This document shows positions 41,045 through 51,973 of a stretch of 64,000 nucleotides of DNA, piece after piece (the stretch's first letter is position 1; each line of letters begins with the position of its first letter). Origin of the DNA: an uncultured Actinomycetota bacterium (lineage in GTDB: Bacteria > Actinomycetota > Actinomycetes > BP-191). Where the stretch lies: positions 90,811 to 154,810 of the forward strand of contig CAVXXT010000008.1 of assembly GCA_963765815.1 (NCBI GenBank), in the 5' to 3' direction. A model generated the notes under the pieces. It was not told the DNA's origin, ran no database searches, and was given only the letters and a program-made list of their open reading frames with translations. A program made the position numbers and the translations under genes.

Positions 41045-41533
41045 GTGAGCGCACTGGATCGTCTTGTCGAGAACGCGGCGACGTACCCCGAGCGGTACCT
41101 CGCCGACCGTCCCGTGCAGCCCCGCCTGCACGTCGCGGTCGTCGCGTGCATGGACTCGCGGATGCCGCTGTTCGGCATGCTCGGCCTCGAGATCGGCGAC
41201 GCGCACATCATCCGCAACGCCGGCGGCTCGGTGACCGACGACATCCTGCGGTCGCTGGTGATCAGCCAGCGTCGGCTCGGCACCCGCGAGGTGATGCTCG
41301 TGCATCACACCAACTGCGGGATGCAGACGATCACCGACGAGAGCTTCAAGGACGAGATCGAGGCGGACACCGGTGTCCGACCGGACTGGCCGATCCGCGC
41401 GTTCGACAACCTCGACGCCGACGTACGCGACTCGATCCAGCGCGTTCGCGACTGCCCGTTCCTGCTCTACCGCGACGTCGTCCGCGGCTTCGTCTTCGAC
41501 GTGCACACCGGCGTGCTGCGCGAAGTCACCTGA
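41045..41533 (+). CDS. Beta-class carbonic anhydrase
   Basis: CMDSR...HTNCG zinc-ligand motifs. GTG 41045. Confidence 0.8.
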   Translation: MSALDRLVENAATYPERYLADRPVQPRLHVAVVACMDSRMPLFGMLGLEIGDAHIIRNAGGSVTDDILRSLVISQRRLGTREVMLVHHTNCGMQTITDESFKDEIEADTGVRPDWPIRAFDNLDADVRDSIQRVRDCPFLLYRDVVRGFVFDVHTGVLREVT

Positions 41534-41561
41534 GCGACCGCGGAGCCCGTGCGGCCAGCGG

Positions 41562-42233
41562 TCAGGCGACGGTGAAGGTGCCGACCATGCCGCGCGTCTT
41601 GTGGTCGTCGACGTCGCAGACGTAGCGGTAGGTCCCGGCAACCGCGAGCTCGAGGATGACCTCACCCTCGGTGCCCGGCTTGGTCGGGCCGATCTCGCCG
41701 AGCACCGACTCGTCAGGCCCGAAGACCTCGAACTCGTGGTCGGCCTTGCCGTCGTTCTCCAGCTTGAACTCGATCTTCTCGCCGGCCTTCGCGGTGAAGC
41801 CCTCGAGGCCCTTGAAGGAGAAGTCGACGGCGGAGAACTCGACCTCGCGGTCGTACTCCGACTCGGCCGTGGTGCCGCCATCGCCGGTGACCGTGATGTC
41901 GGCGCGGATGCCGTCGCCGGTCTGGCCGGGCTTGCAGGCGATCTCGTAGGCGCCGGCCGCGAGGTCGGCCGAGAACTCCGCGGACGTGCCCGGGCCGATG
42001 TTCTCCCGCTCGGTCACGACTCGCGTGCCGTCGTAGATGTAGACCTCGGTGACCTTGCTGCCCTTGTTGGTCACCTTGAACGTCGACTCGCCGGCCGGCA
42101 GGTCGTCCTTGGCGATCGTGCACTCGGAGTCGGTCGCGGTGATGGCGATGGCGTCGCCTGAGGCCTTCTCGGAGCAGGCGGTGGTGAGCGCGAGGACGGG
42201 CAGCAGGGCGAGGGCAGGCAGGCGGTATCGCAC
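41562..42233 (-). CDS. Cupredoxin-like lipoprotein (EfeO N-terminal-domain-like), partner of EfeU
   Basis: Lipobox LTTAC. Two beta-sandwich repeats. No M75 peptidase domain. Confidence 0.55.
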   Translation of the reverse strand: MRYRLPALALLPVLALTTACSEKASGDAIAITATDSECTIAKDDLPAGESTFKVTNKGSKVTEVYIYDGTRVVTERENIGPGTSAEFSADLAAGAYEIACKPGQTGDGIRADITVTGDGGTTAESEYDREVEFSAVDFSFKGLEGFTAKAGEKIEFKLENDGKADHEFEVFGPDESVLGEIGPTKPGTEGEVILELAVAGTYRYVCDVDDHKTRGMVGTFTVA

Positions 42234-42261
42234 GGAAGCTCCGATTCAGGGGTGGACGGGT

Positions 42262-43125
42262 CTAGTGCTGGTCAGCGGGTACGGCGGGGTCGGCCACGAC
42301 CGCAGGAGCGGGGGCCGAGGACTTCGGGCGGAAGAACAGCAGCATCGTCGGCACGAGGTAGCCGACGTACACGACGACCTCGAGCCACGTCGAGGCGGGG
42401 GAGAAGTTGAAGATCCCCTTGAGCAGCGTGCCGTACCAGCTCGACGGCGGGATCTGCGCGCTCACGTCGAAGGCGAGGGAGTTGAGGCCGGGCAGCAGCT
42501 CGGCCTCCTGCAGGTCGTGCACGCCGTACGCCAGCACCCCGGCGGCGACGACGACCAGCGCGGCGCCGGTGTAGGTGAAGAACTTGGCCAGGTTGAGGTT
42601 CACCGAGCGCTTGTAGAGGAGGTAGCCGAGGACGACGGCTGTGGTCAGGCCGAGGAAGGCGCCGATGACCGGAGCGGTCGTCGACCCGTTGTCCTGCCCC
42701 GCCGCCTGCACGGCGGTCCAGATGAACAGCGCGGTCTCGAGCCCCTCGCGGCCGACCGCGATCGCGGCGGTGACGGCCAGCGCGGTCGACCCCATCGCGA
42801 GGGCGCCGTCGAGCTTGCTGTGCAGCTCGCCCTTCAGGTGCCGGGCCGTGCGCCGCATCCAGAAGATCATCCAGGTGACGAAGCAGACGGCGATGATCGA
42901 CATCACGCCGCCGAACGTCTCCTGCGCCTTGAACGTCAGCTGGCGCGAGGTGAACTGCAGGATCGCGCCAACGCCGAGGCTGACCGCGATCGCCGCGCCG
43001 ATGCCGATCCAGATCGGGCGCAGCGCCTGCCGGTTGCCCGTGCGGACGACGTACGCCACGAGGATGCCGACGACCAGTGCCGCCTCGAGGCCCTCACGCA
43101 GGCCGATGAGGTAGTTGGCGAACAT
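42262..43125 (-). CDS. efeU: FTR1-family iron permease
   Basis: Two REGLE motifs (REGLEAALVVG and REGLETALFIW). Seven TM. Confidence 0.85.
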   Translation of the reverse strand: MFANYLIGLREGLEAALVVGILVAYVVRTGNRQALRPIWIGIGAAIAVSLGVGAILQFTSRQLTFKAQETFGGVMSIIAVCFVTWMIFWMRRTARHLKGELHSKLDGALAMGSTALAVTAAIAVGREGLETALFIWTAVQAAGQDNGSTTAPVIGAFLGLTTAVVLGYLLYKRSVNLNLAKFFTYTGAALVVVAAGVLAYGVHDLQEAELLPGLNSLAFDVSAQIPPSSWYGTLLKGIFNFSPASTWLEVVVYVGYLVPTMLLFFRPKSSAPAPAVVADPAVPADQH

Positions 43126-43347
43126 GGGTGCGGTCCTCCGCGGTGTGGTCCCGGTCGGGGACGCTCTGTCGGGGAAAACTTAGGTCACCCTTACTTTCGG
43201 GTCAAATCCCGCTTCGGTTCACTCCGCGCGCCGATGCCGTTGGTCAGGCCGCCTTCGGGACCTTCGGCCCTACGGGCGCCCTCGCCCCGCGCGCAGAGTC
43301 GAGACAGCGCCGAACGTCGGCGAACTCGAGATCGCAGGGAGCACACC

Positions 43348-44016
43348 ATGAAGCGCAGAACGCTCGACATCCTGTTCAGCGCCGGAGCGTTCGGCCTCGC
43401 CGCGCTCCTGGCCATCGTCGCCGTCGTAATGACGTCGAACGCGAACTTCTCCAAGAACTACGTCCGGGACCAGCTCAGCCAGCAGAACATCTCGTTCAAG
43501 CCGGCCGCCACCCTCACGGACGAGGAGAAGCAGTCCGCATGCCTCGTGAAGTACGCCGGCCAGCGGCTCACCTCCGGCAAGCAGGCGGAGTGCTACGCCA
43601 ACGACTTCATCGGCCTGCACGTCAAGGCCGTCGCTGACGGCGCGACGTACGCCGATCTCGGCGTGCCGCAGAGCGCCCTGCGCGAGCAGGTCGCGACCGC
43701 CAAGAAGGCGAACGACCCCGCGCTGGCCGAGCTCGAGGGCAAGCTCGCAGCGGTCACCGGTCAGCGCGAGACGCTCTTCAAGGGCGAGACGCTGCGCGGG
43801 CTGCTCCTGACGTCGTTCGGCTTCAGCGTCTTCGGCACCAAGGCGGAGCAGGCGGCGACCGCGGCCTGGGCAGCGGCAGCGCTGCTCGCGCTGCTCGCGA
43901 CGGCCGGCTTCGTCCACGCGTTCCGCACGCCGACCTCCGTCCCCTTCGCCCCCCCGGAGCGGGAGACGGACGCCAACCGCATCGCGACGAGCGAGCGGAA
44001 GGTGATCAAGGTCTGA
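43348..44016 (+). CDS. Membrane protein, hypothetical
   Basis: ATG 43348 with GCAGGGAG SD. N- and C-terminal TM helices. Confidence 0.5.
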   Translation: MKRRTLDILFSAGAFGLAALLAIVAVVMTSNANFSKNYVRDQLSQQNISFKPAATLTDEEKQSACLVKYAGQRLTSGKQAECYANDFIGLHVKAVADGATYADLGVPQSALREQVATAKKANDPALAELEGKLAAVTGQRETLFKGETLRGLLLTSFGFSVFGTKAEQAATAAWAAAALLALLATAGFVHAFRTPTSVPFAPPERETDANRIATSERKVIKV

Positions 44017-44105
44017 CCTCCCTGAACCGAGGTCGGATCGACTGACCCAGAAGCGGCGGGATCTCCCGACCCCGCCGCTTCTGGCTGTCCGGCGTCCGGA
44101 GCAGG

Positions 44106-44378
44106 ATGGGCGGCATGGCCGACCGCACCTGGACACTGCTCGGCCCTGATCGCACGTCGTACCAGAGCTCCGCGCCCGGCACGCTCGGCGGGCACCGGCG
44201 CAGCCGCATCTACGGCACGCTCGACTGCCGCGGCGCGCGCCAGGCGATCGCGCGGGGCGGGTACGTCGCCGGCCGGGTCTTCTTCGCCGACGAGGCCGCG
44301 GCAGTGGCCGCCGGCTATCGCCCGTGCGCGGTCTGCCTGCCCGAGAAGTACCGCGCGTGGCAGGCGGCCGGCGAGTGA
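44106..44378 (+). CDS. Standalone Ada-like zinc-binding domain protein
   Basis: 90 aa. Cys-cluster PCAVCLP as in the Ada N-terminal metal-binding domain. Confidence 0.5.
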   Translation: MGGMADRTWTLLGPDRTSYQSSAPGTLGGHRRSRIYGTLDCRGARQAIARGGYVAGRVFFADEAAAVAAGYRPCAVCLPEKYRAWQAAGE

Positions 44379-44469
44379 CGACCGAACGATCGTTCAGCCA
44401 ATCGGACTAGAACTGCCTCGGCAAAAGCCGAGCCGATCGCGGGTCCGCCTCGTTATCACGGGTAGAGCA

Positions 44470-45006
44470 GTGCGCGTTGGGGTGACGCGGCGACGAAGGG
44501 GGCCACTCGTGGCGGTCAGAGGCATCGAGACGATCATCAGGCCGGCCGCGGTGCTGTCGACCACGGCCGCGAACCTGATCCTCGAGGGGCTCGCGCGCGC
44601 CGATGTCGCCAAGGGCGGGCTCTGGAACGCGTCGTCGACGGTCTGGCAGCGCTACGACCAGCCGTGGGGCGGTGAGGGCGGGATGCGCGGCGCCGCCGTC
44701 GTCGTCGGCACCATCGCGGTCATCTACGACCAGCCACGCGCGCACGAGATCACCATCTACAAGGTGTCGATCACCGACGCCGGCGTCGGGAAGGGCTGGA
44801 CCACCGAGCGGCTCTGCGACGACGCGCTCGCCTGGGCCAACCTGACGCTCGAGTCGTGCCCGCGCGCGACGATGGCCACGCCGCCGAAGTTCGACCCGTT
44901 CCGCGACGGCGCCGACGAGACCCTGCGCGCGGCTCTGCTCGCTCCCGAGGGCACGCCGGTCAGCCACGACGGCGACGACCTGTTCGGCACCCGCCGGGTC
45001 GTCTAG
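44470..45006 (+). CDS. Hypothetical protein
   Basis: 178 aa, GC3-biased. No recognisable domain. Confidence 0.35.
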   Translation: MRVGVTRRRRGPLVAVRGIETIIRPAAVLSTTAANLILEGLARADVAKGGLWNASSTVWQRYDQPWGGEGGMRGAAVVVGTIAVIYDQPRAHEITIYKVSITDAGVGKGWTTERLCDDALAWANLTLESCPRATMATPPKFDPFRDGADETLRAALLAPEGTPVSHDGDDLFGTRRVV

Positions 45007-45055
45007 CTCGAACCCGTCGATTGCGCCGCGGTCGTCGTACGCGAAGAGTGGCCGC

Positions 45056-46417
45056 ATGCGCGCAGTGGTCGTGGGTGGCGGACCGGTCGGGCTGTTCTGC
45101 GCGGTCGCCCTCGCGCGTGAGGGGCACGACGTCGTCCTCGTCGACCGTGACCCGGGTCCGCAGGCCGACGGCGCATGGGAGCGCCGCGGGGTCATGCAGT
45201 TCCGGCACCCGCACTTCTTCCGGCAGTTCGTCCGGCAGGCGCTGCTCTCGACGGTGCCGGACTTCTGGGACGCGCTGATCGCGGCAGGTGCCCTGCCGGC
45301 CCTCATGGACGGCATGCCGGAGCAGATGACGTCTCTGCGGTGCCGACGGTCGACGTACGAAGGGGTCCTCTGGCAGCTCGCGCGGCGTGAACCGCGGCTG
45401 CAGCTGCGCACCGGCCACGCCGACTCGGTCGAGGTCCGCGACGGTCGGGCCGTCGGCGTCGTCGTCGACGGCGGGTCGGTCGACGCCGACGTGGTGATCA
45501 GCGCGGCGGGGCGGACCAGCCGGTTCGCGGACGATCTCCGCCCACCTGCAGAGGGTGGCGACTGCGGGGTGTCGTACGTGTCGCGGATGTACCGCGCGCG
45601 CCCCGGCGCGGAGGCGCTCGACGGCTTCCCCTCGAGCGAGATGTACGCCGGCTACCAGGCGATCGTGTTCCCGCAGGACGACCGGACGCTGTCGGCGCTG
45701 GTGGTGCGCCCGACCGCGGGCGACGCGCTCGGCGACCTGCGCCACAACGAGGTCTTCGACGCGGTGGCACCGCTGATCCCGCAGCTCGCGCCGTGGGTCG
45801 ACCCGTCCGGGCACGAGCCGATCACCGACGTCATGGTCGGCGGCCGGCTCACCAACTCCTATCGCGGCCAGCTCGACGATGCGGGCGAGGTGCCGGTCGG
45901 CGGGCTGTTCTTCATCGGCGACACGGTGTGCACGACCAATCCCTCGGCGGGCCGAGGCGTGTCGCTCGGCCTGCTGCAGGCGCAGGAGCTGGTCCGCCTG
46001 CTGCGTGCCGGCGGCGACCACCGAGAGGTGAGCCATCGCTTCGACGAGTGGTGCACCGAGAGCATCCGCCCCTGGTACGACGACCACGTCGAGGTCGACG
46101 CCGCCGTTCTGCGCTGGTACGCCGGGGAGCCGGTGCGCAGCGACGAGCGCCTGTCTTCGCTGGTCATCTGCCTGGCGGCCGAGCCGGACGACCCCAGCAT
46201 GATGTCGCTCGTCGGTCCGTACTTCGGCATGCTCGCGTTGCCGTCGTCGCTCGAGCCGCTGCAGGAGAGGGTGCAGGGGATGGTCGCGGCCGGCTGGCAG
46301 CCGGCGTTCGCCGACGGACCGACAGCTGCCGAGCTCGCGGATGTCATCGGCAAACGGGTCTTGCCCCCTGCCCTTGCTGCTGTTACAGCAGGTCGCTCGC
46401 CAGGCCGGCAGGTGTAA
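45056..46417 (+). CDS. FAD-dependent oxidoreductase (geranylgeranyl-reductase/flavin monooxygenase-like)
   Basis: N-terminal VVVGGGPVGLFCAVALAREGHDVVLVDRD dinucleotide-binding motif. FIGDTVCTTNPSAGRGVS GD motif. Confidence 0.75.
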   Translation: MRAVVVGGGPVGLFCAVALAREGHDVVLVDRDPGPQADGAWERRGVMQFRHPHFFRQFVRQALLSTVPDFWDALIAAGALPALMDGMPEQMTSLRCRRSTYEGVLWQLARREPRLQLRTGHADSVEVRDGRAVGVVVDGGSVDADVVISAAGRTSRFADDLRPPAEGGDCGVSYVSRMYRARPGAEALDGFPSSEMYAGYQAIVFPQDDRTLSALVVRPTAGDALGDLRHNEVFDAVAPLIPQLAPWVDPSGHEPITDVMVGGRLTNSYRGQLDDAGEVPVGGLFFIGDTVCTTNPSAGRGVSLGLLQAQELVRLLRAGGDHREVSHRFDEWCTESIRPWYDDHVEVDAAVLRWYAGEPVRSDERLSSLVICLAAEPDDPSMMSLVGPYFGMLALPSSLEPLQERVQGMVAAGWQPAFADGPTAAELADVIGKRVLPPALAAVTAGRSPGRQV

Positions 46418-46443
46418 GGACGGGCCGCAGCGAACGAAGGTCG

Positions 46444-48627
46444 GTGACCCAGACTCTCGCCGTACGCCGGCTCCCGCTTGCCCTCCTCGCTGCCCTCGTC
46501 GCCGTGGTCGGCGTCCTCGGCGGAGCCCCCGCCGACGCCGCGGTCGTCCCGCGACTGGTCGGCGACGAGCCGGGGCTCCTCTACTACTCCTACCCGGCGC
46601 CGGCCGGCCTCGGCGACTTCGCCGGCGAGCCGTCCATCGGGTGGACGGGCGAGACCGACAAGGTCATGTTCCAGGCCAGCACCGAGACCAGCGCGGTGGA
46701 CTTCGACGACGACTACGTCGTTCCGGTCGCGCAGTGGGCAGCGCGCCCCTCGCTCATCACCTCGAACCTGACGACCGCCGACCCGTTCATGGTCACCGAC
46801 CCGGTCACCGGGCGGACGTTCGTCACCCAGCTGCTCGCCGCGTGCAGCGGCGCGTCGTTCACCGACGACGACGGGCAGACCTACTCACCCTCCTCGGGCT
46901 GCCCGGCGCCGCACGGCGCCGACCACCAGAGCGTCGGCTACGGCCCCGCCGTACCCGGCTCGCCGGAGGCGCTCGTCGCCTGGAACGGGCGGATGGCCTA
47001 CTACTGCTCGCAGGAGATCGCGACGGCGTTCTGCGGCGCGAGCATCGACGGCGGGCAGACCTTCGGCAACAGCACCCCGGCGTTCACCGCGGCCAACTGC
47101 GGCAACGCGTTCCACGGCCACATCAAGGTCGGCGACGACGGCACCGTCTACGTGCCCAGCGAGCGCTGCAGCGGCCAGGCGGTCGCCGTGTCGCGTGACA
47201 ACGGCCGGACCTTCTCCTTCGTGAAGCTGCCGACCGACTTCACCGCGGTCTCGAACCTTACGCATCCGTCGATCTCGGTCTCGCGCGCTGCGCCGAAGCC
47301 GCAGACCGGCACCGGCGCCGGCGTCCTCTACTACGCCAACGGCGACGCGCAGAACCGCATGGTCGTCACGACCAGCGGCGACCGCGGCGCGACCTGGAGC
47401 CCCCGCGTCGACGTGGCCGCCGGACTCGGCCTGCAGGCCGTCGACTTCCCGGTGATCCAGGCGGGTGACCCCGACCGCGCCGCCGTCTCGTTCTTCGGGA
47501 CGAAGGACCGCGCTGGCAGCGGCAACTACTCGACCGTCGGGTACGGCGAGGTCGGCGGCAAGCACACGATCGAGTGGCACCTCTACGTCGCGCACACCTA
47601 CGACCGCGGCGCGACCTGGACCGTCGTCGACACCACGCCGGTCGACCCGGCTCAGCGCGGCTGCCTGTGGACCTCCGGCACGACGGTGACGGCGCCCGAG
47701 TCGGCCTGCCGCAACCTGCTCGACTTCAACGGCATCACCACCGACGGCCTCGGCCGGGTGCTCGTCGGCTGGGCCGACGGCTGCACCGGGCCGTGCGTCG
47801 CGTCGGACCTCGTGGCCAACAACGCGCGCACCCAGCTCGGCACGATCACCCGGCAGACCAACGGCCGTGGGCTGTACGCCGTCCACGACGGCGAGATCCA
47901 TCCCGGCATCCTGCTCGACGGCGCGAAGGACCCGTGCGCCACCGGACCCCAGCTCACCGACCCGAGCGGCGACGCCAGCGAGGTCGTCGGAACTCCGACG
48001 CCGCTGCCGAGTGAGCCGCAGCTCGACGTGACGTCGATGCTGCTGAGCAGTGCCCCCGCGAAGGTCGTGCGGTTCGACCTCGGCGTACAGGACCTGAAGT
48101 CCGCGGCCGAGATCCCGTCCGCCTCACCCGGCGGCGTCTACTACGACCTGACGTTCTCCTACGGCGGCCAGGCGCTCTACATCACGGCGCAGCGCGACGC
48201 GACCGGGGTGGCCGCCTTCGACCTCGGCGCGTTCGCCCCGGCACGCAAGCGGCTGGCGACGATCACCGGTTCGTTCAACGAGGCGAACAACACGGTCACC
48301 GCGCTGCTGACCCCGGCGGCGATCGAGACGGCCCGCACGGCGATCGCGACCAACAACGCGCAGCCCGGCGCGACGATCATCAAGGTCGTGCCCTCGCTCG
48401 AGTACGGCGCGACCTTCTCGACGCTCGGCGTCACCGCGCGCCGCAACACCGGCGCGGCCGTGCCCGACGTCGACTCCGCGACCAGCACCTGCTCGTTCAC
48501 GCTCGCGGCGGCCGTCGACCCGGTCGTGCCAGAGGTGCCGACGCCGGCGCTGCTGGTCGTCACCGGCGCGGCGATCACCGCCGGCTCGGTCGCGGTGCGG
48601 CGTCGGCGTATCCGGCGTGCGGCGTAG
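46444..48627 (+). CDS. Secreted BNR/Asp-box repeat beta-propeller protein (sialidase-like glycoside hydrolase) with C-terminal membrane anchor
   Basis: Signal peptide. Asp-boxes SRDNGRTFS, SGDRGATWS, TYDRGATWT. C-terminal hydrophobic stretch plus RRRRIRR. Confidence 0.7.
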   Translation: MTQTLAVRRLPLALLAALVAVVGVLGGAPADAAVVPRLVGDEPGLLYYSYPAPAGLGDFAGEPSIGWTGETDKVMFQASTETSAVDFDDDYVVPVAQWAARPSLITSNLTTADPFMVTDPVTGRTFVTQLLAACSGASFTDDDGQTYSPSSGCPAPHGADHQSVGYGPAVPGSPEALVAWNGRMAYYCSQEIATAFCGASIDGGQTFGNSTPAFTAANCGNAFHGHIKVGDDGTVYVPSERCSGQAVAVSRDNGRTFSFVKLPTDFTAVSNLTHPSISVSRAAPKPQTGTGAGVLYYANGDAQNRMVVTTSGDRGATWSPRVDVAAGLGLQAVDFPVIQAGDPDRAAVSFFGTKDRAGSGNYSTVGYGEVGGKHTIEWHLYVAHTYDRGATWTVVDTTPVDPAQRGCLWTSGTTVTAPESACRNLLDFNGITTDGLGRVLVGWADGCTGPCVASDLVANNARTQLGTITRQTNGRGLYAVHDGEIHPGILLDGAKDPCATGPQLTDPSGDASEVVGTPTPLPSEPQLDVTSMLLSSAPAKVVRFDLGVQDLKSAAEIPSASPGGVYYDLTFSYGGQALYITAQRDATGVAAFDLGAFAPARKRLATITGSFNEANNTVTALLTPAAIETARTAIATNNAQPGATIIKVVPSLEYGATFSTLGVTARRNTGAAVPDVDSATSTCSFTLAAAVDPVVPEVPTPALLVVTGAAITAGSVAVRRRRIRRAA

Positions 48628-48631
48628 CGGA

Positions 48632-49111
48632 GTCACGCGTCGCCGCACGGCGACAGCGGTCGTCGCGGTCGTCGTGCTGAGCGGCTGCGCGCGGTCGTCA
48701 GCACCTGAACCGCCGGCGAGCGTCGCAGCGTCGCCGCAGTCCTCCGAAGGTCGCAGCGTCCTGGTCGGCTCACTGCCCGGCTGCGTCCCGCCGCGTCGGA
48801 TCGCGATGCGCGACCTGTCGGCGCAGCTGCCGTCGGGTCTGGCGCTCCCGCCCGGCGCCGGGCTGCTCCAGGTGGACACCGCCGACGGGATGACGACGGT
48901 GGTCGGGGACAGCACGCTCGGCGTCACCGCGCTGCAGGACCACTTCCGCCGGCAGATCGTCGCGGCGGGTCACGAGATCTTCGCCGAGGACAACGAGGGC
49001 ATCGAGGCCGAGCTGTTCTTCGCGGTGAAGGAGGGCGGGCTCGCCACCGTGCGTCAGCGCGTCGCTCGCTGCCCGGCCCGGACGACCCGCTTCAGCATCA
49101 CGGTGAACTGA
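48632..49111 (+). CDS. Lipoprotein, hypothetical
   Basis: VVAVVVLSGC lipobox. Start tentatively GTG 48632. Confidence 0.4.
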   Translation, partial: VTRRRTATAVVAVVVLSGCARSSAPEPPASVAASPQSSEGRSVLVGSLPGCVPPRRIAMRDLSAQLPSGLALPPGAGLLQVDTADGMTTVVGDSTLGVTALQDHFRRQIVAAGHEIFAEDNEGIEAELFFAVKEGGLATVRQRVARCPARTTRFSITVN

Positions 49112-49146
49112 GGCTCGGTCGGCCGAGCGACATCTACCATCGCCGG

Positions 49147-49932
49147 ATGACAGCGCGAGATCTCGCGGCGGACTTCGCGCGGGACGGCTTCGTCGTCCAC
49201 CACGAGCCACTCGTCCCGGTGGGCGGTCTCGACGAGGTCGCCTCGCGGATGGATGACGTGGCGGCCGGGCGTTACTCCACCGGGCGGGAGCCCGGGCGTC
49301 GCTACTGGAACCCGGGCGACGACCCGACGGCGATCGTGAAGATCGACGACGCCCACCTCTGCGACGACGCCATCTTCGACTTCGTGACGAGTCCCGCGAT
49401 CGGCGAGTTCGCAGCGCAAGTTGTGGGCACAGAGTTCGTGCAGCTGTGGGCGTCGCAGCTGCTGGTCAAGCCGCCCGGCGGCTCCACCGCGGGCCAGGTC
49501 GGCTGGCATCGGGACCAGACCTACTGGCGGGAGCTCTGGGACGGCGAGGTCTTCACCGTGTGGGTCGCGGTCAGCGACGTCGACCTGGCGCGCGGCCCGC
49601 TCTGCTACGTGCGTGGGTCACACCGCTGGGACGAGAGCGGCGACGGCGACTTCTTCAGTCACGACCTCACCGCGACCCGGGGAGCACTCGACGGCGGCGA
49701 ATGGGATGAGACCGCCGCAGTCCTGGCGGCCGGCGGGGCGAGCGCGCACTCCAAGCTGACCGTGCACGGCAGCGCGGCCAACACCAGCGACCACCCTCGG
49801 CAAGGGTTCGCGCTGCACCTGCGCACCGATCGATCTGCCCCAACGCCGGCCGGCCGGGACCTCCTCGGCGCGAGGCTCGCCGACCCCCGGCACTGCCCGC
49901 TGCTGGTCGGCAGGGCACCGGCCGACGGCTGA
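49147..49932 (+). CDS. Phytanoyl-CoA dioxygenase (PhyH) family Fe(II)/2OG oxygenase
   Basis: 261 aa. HxD...H facial triad candidates (WHRDQTYW, HGSAANTSD). Confidence 0.65.
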   Translation: MTARDLAADFARDGFVVHHEPLVPVGGLDEVASRMDDVAAGRYSTGREPGRRYWNPGDDPTAIVKIDDAHLCDDAIFDFVTSPAIGEFAAQVVGTEFVQLWASQLLVKPPGGSTAGQVGWHRDQTYWRELWDGEVFTVWVAVSDVDLARGPLCYVRGSHRWDESGDGDFFSHDLTATRGALDGGEWDETAAVLAAGGASAHSKLTVHGSAANTSDHPRQGFALHLRTDRSAPTPAGRDLLGARLADPRHCPLLVGRAPADG

Positions 49933-49999
49933 GCACGCTGGTCGGATCCTGTAACTACAGGTTCGCAGGATCGAGGCGATCGGCGTCGAAGTCGGGGGG

Positions 50000-50725
50000 A
50001 TGGATCTCCGTCGGACCCGCATCCTCGGCGCAGCCGCGGTGGCACTGTGCCTGCTCGTGACGCTGCCTGCGCAGGCAGGCAGTGACCCGCGGAAGCCCGG
50101 CCCCAACCTGATCACCAACGCCGGCTTCGAGGACTCCGCTCTGGAAGGCCCGGCCGCCCCGCCCGGCTCTCTCGAGCACCCGCTGCTTCCGACCGGCTGG
50201 GTGTTCGAGGGCGCCACCGTGCTCTTCGACCACTCGCCCGTCACCTACCACTCGGGCAAGCGCGGGGCGGCGATCTCCGGCTCGCTGTCGACCAACCGCC
50301 AGATCTGCGCGACCGGGTCCTGCCAGCCCAACCCGATCAACCCGGTCCGCGACGTCGTGTACCCGCACTACTCGCTGGCCCCGGCGTGGCGCACACAGGC
50401 TCCGGTCGCGGTCACCGCCGGCACCGAGTACCTGATGACCGCCTACGTCGCGTGGATCGTGCAGACGATCGGCGAGGGCACCCAGATGAGCGTCCGCTGG
50501 CTCGACGCGAGCGGGCTGCCGATCTCCCTGGACCCGGTGGTCGTGAAGGCTGCGCGCGACGTCGACTTCACCGAGCTGACCTGGACCCGCGTGGAGGGCA
50601 CCGCCGTCGCGCCACCCGGAGCCGTCAGCGCGCACCTGCTGTTCGGTGCGACCGACGACAACTGGACCGGCCAGGTCCGATACGACGACGTCTACTTCGG
50701 CACCGCGCCGACGAAGAAGAAGTAG
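50000..50725 (+). CDS. Secreted CBM4/9-like carbohydrate-binding beta-sandwich protein
   Basis: Signal peptide. NLITNAGFE start typical of CBM_4_9. Paralog of 55233..55955. Confidence 0.55.
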   Translation: MDLRRTRILGAAAVALCLLVTLPAQAGSDPRKPGPNLITNAGFEDSALEGPAAPPGSLEHPLLPTGWVFEGATVLFDHSPVTYHSGKRGAAISGSLSTNRQICATGSCQPNPINPVRDVVYPHYSLAPAWRTQAPVAVTAGTEYLMTAYVAWIVQTIGEGTQMSVRWLDASGLPISLDPVVVKAARDVDFTELTWTRVEGTAVAPPGAVSAHLLFGATDDNWTGQVRYDDVYFGTAPTKKK

Positions 50726-50731
50726 CGGCGC

Positions 50732-51972
<1,241 letters not shown>

Positions 51973-51973
<1 letters not shown>

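Noticed and set aside
44408-44432. Hairpin CTCGGC-AAAA-GCCGAG downstream of the Ada-domain gene
   Set aside because: A 6-bp stem without a following T-tract. It could be a weak terminator or chance symmetry in GC-rich DNA.
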